Assembly: GCF_006345805.1 (NCBI RefSeq)
Contig: NC_043003.1
Span: forward strand, 93,620,001-93,684,000
Length of the DNA: 64,000 nt
Origin: Octopus sinensis
Lineage: Eukaryota
Direction: 5' to 3'
Position numbers and translations under genes: made by a program. The notes beneath the pieces were generated by a model that was not told the origin of the DNA, did no database searches, and saw only the letters and a list, made by a program, of their open reading frames with translations. Shown piece by piece: positions 54,688-64,000 of this stretch (positions within the stretch are counted from its first letter, which is position 1; each line of letters starts with the position of its first letter).

Positions 54688-54733
54688 AACACAACGTTTC
54701 GGCTGATATATCCTCCAGCCTTCATCAGGTGTC
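54688..54733 (-). ncRNA. Minimal type-I hammerhead ribozyme, intact
   Basis: Minus strand: GACAC-CUGAUGA-A-GGCUG-gaggauauau-CAGCC-GAA-AC-GU-U-GUGUU. Stem I GACAC/GUGUU, stem II 5 bp, palindromic stem III ACGU, GUU cleavage triplet. Confidence 0.8.
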
Positions 54734-55385
54734 TTGGGGAAATTTGGAACCTGGATTCTCATTCCTAAGGTATTTTTCACTGTAATTATAATTATAATAA
54801 TAATTATTATTATTATTCAGGTCACAGCTTGGGATCGAACTCGGAACCTTTGGATTAGTAGCCCATGCTCTTAACTACTACTGAATAATAATTACATCCA
54901 AAAATACCTTAGGAATGAGAACCCAGGTTCGAAATTTCCCTAGGACACCTGATGAAGGCTGGAGGGTATATCAGACGAAATGTGGCAACAAACAAGATGA
55001 GGACCAATATACGTCAAATGTAAATAATGTATATAATTTCTCATCTCTTTGATATAGATCTGCATGGTGTTTAGTTCAAAATTGGCCTTATACGACAACA
55101 CCGTTTGAATCGTGAACATTCCCGCCTCTTTTCCCCAAAATATATTATCCAATGTGTCTTTCTTTTTAAGATGGTAAAGGGTTGATTTGTGAGTTATCTG
55201 AAGTTCAGCAGCTTCTCTCAACTAACCATCCGGCGTAACTTCGGTATAGGTACCAGAAGTACCAGATACATTTCAAGAATGTGTTTTTTTTTTATATATA
55301 TGGGGGGTTAGGGGTGGGAGAAAAGGGTTTCTGGTATCTTCAGAAATGTAAACAAAGCCACTTCCGGTACCTATACCGAAGGATC

Positions 55386-55455
<70 letters not shown>

Positions 55456-56171
55456 AGTAAAATTATCGCTGTTATAAGACACACGAGGTTAAATTACCTT
55501 CTGCAGTCATTTGTTTACATTTGTCATCCTATATTCTACAGTACACTCCAGTAATGATTATTTATTTACATTTCATGTGTTTATATATACACATCGAGAT
55601 CAGTTAAAGTACATTTTTTTCCAGGTTAGCATGGGTTGGACGGGTTTTCTGAACCAGTGTTTTATGGCCAGATATCCCCTCCTGTCGTCAGCCCTTATAA
55701 TTATTTCATATAACACACACACACAGTGGTACAATATACCTATTTACAGTGTATCGAAGGATGTAGTTTTTTCATTTCCTCACGGCAAATGAATTTATTC
55801 TACTTTTAATCTGTTGATACTAATTACTGACACAGTTTCCTTATGTGTGTGCGTATACACACACATAGTATAGTATAACTAGCTAGAATCATAGATATGA
55901 ATGAATTCAATTTATCTTATATAACACGTTAAATACTAGTTAAAGGCCAGTAAAATTGCGTTTTTATTTATTTGATTTTCGATAACAATATTCAAGTGAA
56001 AAACTCTTTCCGTTTATTGTATATTAAATTACAAGGAAGTTGAGTTTAAATTAGATTACACACAATAGTTTGAATTGTTTTTGTTTTTGCAAAAACGGGA
56101 GTGGATATGTTAGAACAAACAAAACATTGTGATATGCGAACAAACCAATAAATAAAACATCGAAACATTAC

Positions 56172-56451
56172 CTTGGTTCATAGCAGTCTTTTGTCGGCCT
56201 CGCCATATCATCGATGTACCGAAGTGTAGATTTTCGTTATTAGTTTTTCTGATTTCCTTCCGAGTGTTAAACAAACTGTATGACAGTTCGCCAAAGAAGG
56301 AAGACACAAATACAATAAGGACGGCCGAAACAACACCTGCCAGAAACACACAAGCTAATAAAGTCTGTGGCATGTTATCCGAGTTTATTTTGGACAAAAA
56401 GATTTGCTTAGTCGACGACTGAAGCATCGGGCAATTATTTTCATGGACCAT
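56172..56451 (-). CDS. FICD: FICD/HYPE coding exon 1 (N-terminus and single transmembrane segment)
   Basis: ATG at 56451; hydrophobic segment TLLACVFLAGVVSAVLIVFVSSFF; ends ...MNQ G|gtaat (phase 1 donor at 56171). The G joins exon 2 'aa' to form Glu, giving MNQ-EVKKEALTALNLA in frame. Confidence 0.8.
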
Positions 56452-57000
56452 TTTCTCTGCTGTTAGTCACCTGTTCGCCGAAATTTTCGCCATATTCCTT
56501 CTGAAGTGACACGATAGCATTAAAGTGTTGAGATATTATTATTTAGCTTCGAATCTTACATTCATAAACGGATAAATCTCGTAATAAAAGCTGCTAACAG
56601 AGCGATAATTATGTAAAAAGATTTAATATTCAGTGGTTTCTTTTGTAACAATTTGCTGAAATATTTATGAGATAATCCGAATTGATGTAAACTTGTCAAT
56701 ATTTAACTGGTTTCCTTACATCCGCGGCACATAGTCAAGGGGGGTAACTATCACTTTTCATGTCCTATTTACGCATTTTTAGATTTCGACACTGGTTGGG
56801 ATTTGAAAGATTATTATATAAGATATATTTGCGATGTCATTCTCGCATTTTTTTTATATTGGTATATCCGAATTTAGACGCTGATATTTTCCCGTTGTTC
56901 TCTGCGTGGCGAAAAGCGTAAGGTTTCTTCGAAATGGAAACGCTTATTGTAGTCCTTTATTTGTATAGCAAATACATAACGAAATTTTTCTTTTGTCAAG
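56452..57000. promoter_or_regulatory. Likely FICD 5'UTR/promoter region
   Basis: Repeat-free stretch with more CpG than its flanks, immediately upstream of the FICD ATG; TSS cannot be placed from sequence. Confidence 0.45.
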
Positions 57001-57949
57001 GCAAATTAGTATAATTTTACTATTACATTCGCCTCATGTGATGTGAAGCAATAAAGTGCAGCAATAAAAATTTAGCGGTAAAAGGTGTAGGATCGGAGGA
57101 AGGTTGTAAAAAGTTAAATCATTTTGGAGAAGAAAAAAAAACTGCTTTCAGAGAAGGAAACAATTGCTCAATTCTTTGCCTTCTTTCTTCTCCGTGAAGT
57201 GGTGATAGCTATTCTGCAAGCACACCGATCAGTGTCTTGAGACGAGTGTAATAGTGTAAAGCTCCGGGAACAAATTGGTTGATGGATTTGAATCGCTGGA
57301 ATTTTACCTGTTTTTCTCAGCTCTTGAGATATCTTCTCCCGTCATGGGATGTTTCGAAGCCTACAGTCCAAGTAAATAAAATACTTAGTGGTACTGTATT
57401 CTCATTATTTACAACAGAACAGGGATATTTTCGGTTTGAACGGCAGTTTTTAACATAATTTCTAGGTAACTAAAACATTTTAAACTTCGTATACTAGTAG
57501 AATTTGTTTATAAAACATCTTTTTCTCTTGGCTTTATTGAGAAAATTCTATAGTTTGTTAGATATTTGTTGTTGTTTTTTCTTCAATTTCTGCAATGTCA
57601 ACCAATCAGTGACGTCTATTGAGTTAAAAAGCATTCTGTGCCGTATGAATATGTCCCTCGTTTAAGAAACAGATTGGGTTTATTTACATTACTGAAGGAA
57701 AAAAGATACCCTCACCCCACCCTAACTCTAACCCTGAAATAGATTGAAATGCAATAGATCGATACTAGGGTCATAATTATGGGTGACAATTTCATATGAC
57801 ACCGCTAGAAAAAGACCTATGATGACATGAACTAACTGAAATATTTAGCTGAATCATCATAAGATTAACTTTCATTTCAATGCAATGTTGAAATCAGCTT
57901 CAATGTTTTATAACCTGAACTGTCAGTGACCCAACAGGTATCAAATAAT

Positions 57950-58945
57950 CTAGTAGCCTATTAAACCTGCAACATTCTAACATCAACAGGAAATACCCAC
58001 AAAAACAGATATCAACAGGCTCTACATAAGAAGAGATAAAGGAGGTAGGGACAGACAGCCTTTGAATTTTACATAGTCTATCTCTGACAGCACTTGCTAA
58101 ACAATTGTAGCAAAAATAAATACATCAACTTTGTGCTGAAAAGTTTATGAAGAAAACAATATCCTATGAGTTGGAAGTGAGCTCTTCAGGAAGTACTCTT
58201 TTCCTGATGACCTCCCATACAACCCCAAATTAGCTGGACTAGCATACCCAAAAGGACCTGTAGGTGAAACATTCAGCATGCCAAAAACAGACCGTGCATG
58301 GGTATGTTTCTTGCAGACTTAAAGAAAATAGTAACATTGACATGAAACAAAGTCTCTCTTGGACTTGTGACCACTATATCGTATCACACTTCAAAGGCCA
58401 TGCATTTGCAATCCAAGAACAGGAGATTGCAACTAAATACCTCAACAATAGAGACAGTGAAGCACTTGGAGTTCCAAGATGCAACTGTAAATGTAGATTA
58501 TGTCATGTGATTAGCGGCTGTCCAAAAATGTCATCAAGGTACTACTTCCCTATGTGACATGACATTGTCACAAAAACAATATACAATGCCATACAGAAAA
58601 AAAGACTATCCTGAAATAAATATAAAGAATCTTTCTGTTATTGAATAAGAACACAAATACCAGCACAAGGAATACAGTAGAGGTCAGCTGTCCTACTGAT
58701 GTGATTATCCCTTTGAAAATCTAAGAGAAACATAACTATGGACAACTGCTTCAAAACCTCCAGAATACAAATTTACATTTATACCAATAATAATTGGAGC
58801 ACATGGTTTTGTAAGTAAATGTCAAACTTTTAGTCTGGATAAGCTTGGATTATCAGAAAAAGAAATAAACCAACTGATTCACACATTACAAATACAATTG
58901 GGAAGCAGAACAGTAAAATTATGCAAGATGTTTTTCAGGTTTAAA
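57950..58945 (+). mobile_element. R4/Dong-like (RLE) LINE remnant
   Basis: VHGY..D.KQSLSW..FAIQEQEIATKY..KCRLC..HVISGCP..HDIVTKTIY; FIPIIIGAHG near 58790. Confidence 0.8.
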
Positions 58946-61900
58946 GTATGACATTGCTTTCATTATCTACATTGCTAAGATGGAGCTTTGTATCTTTGTT
59001 AGAAACCAGCTCCTTCAGGCTAAACAAACTGGATGTTATCTGGAAGTAAACCCTAATGCGGTATTTTTTCCATGCAGCAGTAAAATCAGTCTTTTTGTAT
59101 GGATCAACAGCCTGGATGCTTTCCAAAACACTGGAATCCAAACTAGATGGAACTTACACCTGAATGTTAAGAGCATTTTTAAACATATCTTGGAGAACTT
59201 ATCCCTCCAAAAAATAGCTGTATGGAGATGACCTGTCTGTTTCAACCATTATAAGGGACAGGCACTTGCACATTGTGGGACATTTCTGGCAAGCGAAACA
59301 AGAGCAGGCAAGTAACCTGCTGCTATAGATGCCAAAGCAAGCCATACTCAAGAAGTTTGTCCAAACACAACATAAATAGATCAACTCACCAGGGACACTT
59401 AATGCCTCCCCAAAGGCCCCCTTCAGCTAATGTAGGGCTGAGATGGATGGTGTGTGCAGGTAAAAAATGTCCAAGCAAGCTTGACTAGATAAAGCAAAAA
59501 GACTGATTTTCAGCAGAACCACAAGTTCCTACAATTTGTGCAAAGGAACACTCTATAACATTTATTAGTTTTTGAATGGTAATTATTTTATCAAAACTAG
59601 AAGAATGGAAAATAAAGTTAACTCATCAGGATTCAAGCTCAAAAATAAGTGCAAAGAATGTTCTCTAATGCTTTACCAATTCTGAAAATCCTGTCTTTGC
59701 AATTATTATACATAATATTGTCATTTATTTCACAAATGATAATTCAGTTCACCAATTTCAATACTCAGAATAATCTAGTAGTAGTAGTTGTAGTAGCAGC
59801 ATCACCAATGGTTGTAATAATAAGTAGTGGTAGTAGTAATTATGAATGTTATCAACAACTCTGCCAATCTCTCGCTCTGTTAGCACCTCAAACAAAATGT
59901 TTTGCAGTATTCGGTTATTGTTTTTTACAATCTAAGTTCAGATCTTACCAGGATCAACTATATTACCTTTCATCTTTCTGGGACAGATAAATAAAGTATC
60001 AGTCAAGTACTGGGGTCAATATAATTGGCTTTCCCTTTTCACACAAATTTCTGGTCTTGTATTAGTTATTATAACTATATATGAGGAAGGTGGGCGACAG
60101 AATTCAGTGATGAGCAATATGCCTTCAGATATTTAGTTACATCCCCTAAGTTTCTTAGTTTAAATTCTGTTGAGCTAGATTTTAGCTCTGCATATTTTGT
60201 GGATTCAGTAAGACAAGGAGTACAAGTTATGAAATAGTGTTAATATGATCAATTTCATTCTCCTCCATATTAATTACTAAAAGAAGAATATTATTAAATA
60301 AGTTCAATAGATTGCACCTTGCAATATTTAGGCATGTCTGATTACATACTGAATTCAAATTCCACCAGGACCATCTTGATAAAATCGGTATCATTTATGT
60401 ACTAATATCAATATAATTGAGCCTCACCTTCTCCATAAAATATGAGGCCTTGGCTGGTTATAAATTATCATTAAACAATCTGTTTTATATTCTTTATCTT
60501 TTTGAAAAAGAGAGAACAAAGAGAGTTTCTTATGACTAAAAGAGAGTCCCGGAAGGTTATTTTTGAGGTATGAATATCTTAGCACCTAACTAGACTCCAG
60601 GTGAAACAATGAAGGAGTTTCAATGAGATTGCAGGCAAATCACCCTTAAATTACATTATAAAGTAAAAGGGTGGAGACCCCCTTTGGTCATGAATGACCA
60701 TGGGATTGCACCTAGAAAGTTCCTCTCCAAGGTACAAGTCCAGCCAAGGTTGTTTATGGAAGACCAGCAGTCACCCATGCATACCAGCCTCCCCTCACTA
60801 CGCCACCTGTGTTATCCAAGGGAAAGGCAAAGGCCAATACAGCTTGGCACTAGTGATGACCCAACTCATTTCTATAGCTGAGTGAACTGGAAAAATGTGA
60901 GATAAAGTGTCTTGCTCAAAAACACAACACACAGTCTGGTCTGGGAATCGAACTCACTACCTCATGATTCTGAGCCATGTGCCTTCAAAAATGGAAAGAC
61001 ATATTCCTAGATATGTAATACTTAAGAGAAGGTTTGGATGATTATAGCTGGAATGACATTGATCTTGGGTATGCTGGATCAGGTCTGACCTAGGTCTATA
61101 TAAACAATCAGATTGCAGGTCCCCAATATTCAACCACTTATTTAATACTGGTCCTCTTTCTCTGGTTCCATAAGAAGTATCTGCTTCCCTTAACTTGATG
61201 ATTTCAGACTAACTTCCTCTCTATCAATTTATTTCAATAATCCTTCCACTCTTGTAAATCTATTTGCAAAACCCAGTCTCAGCAATTTTGGTACCCCTTT
61301 CTTCTGTTGGCATGAAAATCTATAGAATAACCACCTTTCATATATCCTCCTTATCAGTCACAGACCTTCAATAATTCAAATTAAATATTAACTGCAAGAA
61401 TCTCATTCAGTTATGTGTAAATGACAAAACTAAAATATATCTTGATGCTTTGTTCCACCTAAGATTGCAGTTTGAGTCAGTGTTGTGGAGTTAGAACTAG
61501 AAGTGATTATTGGGTCACTAGAATCAGTAAAAATATACTGACTCTGACTCCAACTAAATGTAAAATGTAATATAATGCTTTAAAGTTTCCAGTTTCACAG
61601 ATTTAAGGCTCATATGAAGAAAGATTTTGTAGAAGCAATTCCATGTGCAAGAACAAGCTATTAGTAAATTTGGGGTTTGGATTTTTGATTTAAGCTGATA
61701 TGCGGGTACAATAAAATAAGAGTTAAACAGGCATGGTTGCATGGTAAGAAGTTTGCTTCGCAACCACATGGTTCCTGATTCAATCCCATTGCATGGCACT
61801 TTGGGCAAGTAATATAATATACTTGCTTCTACTAGAGTCCTGAGCAGATCAAAGCCTTGTGAGTGGATTTGGTAGATGAGAACTGAAAGAACCCCATTAC

Positions 61901-63129
61901 ATTGTGACTTTGTGTTTGTCTCCCAACACAGCTTGATAACTGGTGTTGGTTTATTTACATCCTAGTAATATAGCAGTGGAGCAAAAAGCAACTGATAGAG
62001 TAAGTGCCCAGCTCAAAAATAAATACTAGGGTCAATTTATTTAACTAAAACACTTCAAGACAGTGGCTCAGCAGTAGTCCAAAGACTAAAACAAATAAAA
62101 GATGCAGAAAAGGTAAATTATGTTTTCAATTCCTGGTTAAAGCAGTTTTATGACCTCTACAAGAGTCATTCTTATATCACTGATGCAAAACCAGCCTTGT
62201 ACTTAATTAAAAAGAAGTCAATAATGAAAAGTTATAGAGACTTTATTATTTTAAAGATTTTAACATTTTTAGAATTAATTCATTAAGTTTTTGCAATAAC
62301 CACTCGGAAGATATTTAAAGATATTTTGTCCATAATTATAAGAAATCTAAAACTTGTTTGTCCAGATTTGTAAGAAATTTAAAGCTTGTATGACTGCTAG
62401 CAAAGTCCTTGAAGAGTTCAGACAGTTTCGTTAGAGTTAATTAAAAGATTCTAAAAATGCTTTACAGCAACGATAACACTGGTCATATACAGGGTAAAAC
62501 TCAGCTTGTGTATCCTGAAAAATACAAGAGAACATGACAATAAGTTTTTTTCTAGCTGAACTAAAAGCATACCCCCCCCCCCATATTTTAAAATAAGAAC
62601 AGACAAAAAACTGAGATGCCAGCACCTTGATGTACTCCAGAAGACTCGTACTTCTCAATAGAAGTGTTAAGCTAACTGAAGAAGAAGACTGGCCTGCAAG
62701 AGTCCTGTGCCAGTACCACATATAAAAGCACTCATGCTGGTGCCACATAAAAACACCCAATACATTATGTAAAGTGGCTGGCGTTAGGAAGGCATCCAGC
62801 TGTAGAAACCATGCCAAATCAGACTGGAGCCTGGTGCAGTTTTCCAGCTTACCAACTCTGGTCGAACCATCCAACCCATTCCAACATGGATAATGGATAT
62901 TAAGTGATAATGATGATTTTACATTAAATTGGAAACATTTTTTCACTTATCACCATTAGCTAGTGGTTTGCAAAATTATTTTTGTCATATTTGCCTAAAA
63001 ACAGGAATGTCTATGTGGTCAAAAAGTTTTGCATCACAACCACATAGTTCTGTGATTATTTCCCCCACGGTAAGTCATTTTGACCAACATCAACTCAGTG
63101 AAATGGGATATATACCACACAAGTGCAAC

Positions 63130-63843
63130 AAATCCCAGCAGAATGTGTGGGAAGAGGGTCAAAAGCATGATTCATATTGTTAGAGCTTGAAGTCTTGCAC
63201 AGAAAGAATACAAACATAGACATGATAAGGTTGCCCAAAGCCTTCACTGGTTACTATGCAGAAAGTATGGATATGAGGTAATGGGTGCTTGGTATCAACA
63301 TACATTGGAAAAGGTAATGGACGAAAAGGAGAAGGCAAAAATCCTCTGGGACTTTGACTTCCAGACAGACAAGGTATTAGAGCACCAAAGGCCGAATATA
63401 GTAACCTTTAGGAGGGACAAATAAGGGTACCTAATAATTGATGTGGCAGTGCCAGGACATCAACATATGAAAGAAAAAAATTGATAAATATGGAGACCTA
63501 AGAATTGTGATCGCCAAGATATGGTAGCTACATGAATCAAACATAGAGGTTGTCCCTGTTATCATTGGAGCTTTGGGTTCAATACCACTCAACCTGAAGA
63601 AACATTTGGAAACTTTAGAAATACCCTACAATCTAGGTGTGTTGCATAAATTGGCATTATTTGGAATTGCATGCATATTGTGTAAAGTACTGTTACTGAC
63701 TCTGAGGTCCTTGTGACTTGACAGACAGTACAAACTCTTGGCAGACAGTATCTTCAACCAACATCACAATATTGGATACTGTGCAATGTCTTAAATAATA
63801 ATAATGATAATAATAATAATAATAATAAAAGTAATAATAATAA
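63130..63843 (+). mobile_element. R4/Dong-like LINE 3' end with (AAT)n tail
   Basis: RMCG..HIV..LAQKEYKHRHDKVAQSLHW..KILWDFDFQTDK..RPNIV..IIDVAVP..VVPVIIGALG (RLE endonuclease), then (AAT)n at 63794-63843. Confidence 0.88.
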
Positions 63844-64000
63844 TGCATTCAGAAAAGCTTACAAAATATGGATCTGGAATAATGACGACTTTCTGTGGAT
63901 CCCATTTTCCTAAAAGTTCTACTTTTGCTTTCTGTTTGTTGCTGCCACAAACCATGGACAGATCTCTGAAGAAAGTAAAATGAAAATAATTTACATAAAG

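Noticed and set aside
57705-57740. ccctaa-like units suggesting interstitial telomere
   Set aside because: Only two or three imperfect units, probably inside an unclassified repeat.

Overview
AT-rich, repeat-dense animal genomic DNA, most likely a cephalopod (octopus-like; inferred from the SINE families and very high microsatellite load). It is not prokaryotic, and there is no CRISPR array or rRNA. Two host genes are supported. (1) A complete three-exon FICD/HYPE AMPylase on the minus strand (56451-56172, 42616-42420, 41962-41063), which splices in frame to 458 aa. (2) The last two coding exons of a GM2-activator/ML-domain lipid-binding gene on the plus strand (2302-2476, 12717-12830). The rest is transposon debris: Penelope-like elements (RT and GIY-YIG fragments), L1/Tx1, CR1, RTE and R4/Dong LINE remnants, a dead mariner, two non-autonomous Helitrons, hAT/piggyBac/Tc-type MITEs, about five SINE families and microsatellites. 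The main signal not covered by the ORF track is about 12 hammerhead-ribozyme (HHR) motifs from at least six unrelated short-repeat families, nearly all with a tiny, often palindromic stem III. One family joins a tRNA-like Pol III head to an HHR and also forms the 3' end of a Penelope GIY-YIG ORF. This suggests a Penelope-mobilised, ribozyme-bearing SINE, and its one intact copy lies sense within FICD intron 1. Everything was read by eye; no searches or folding programs were run.
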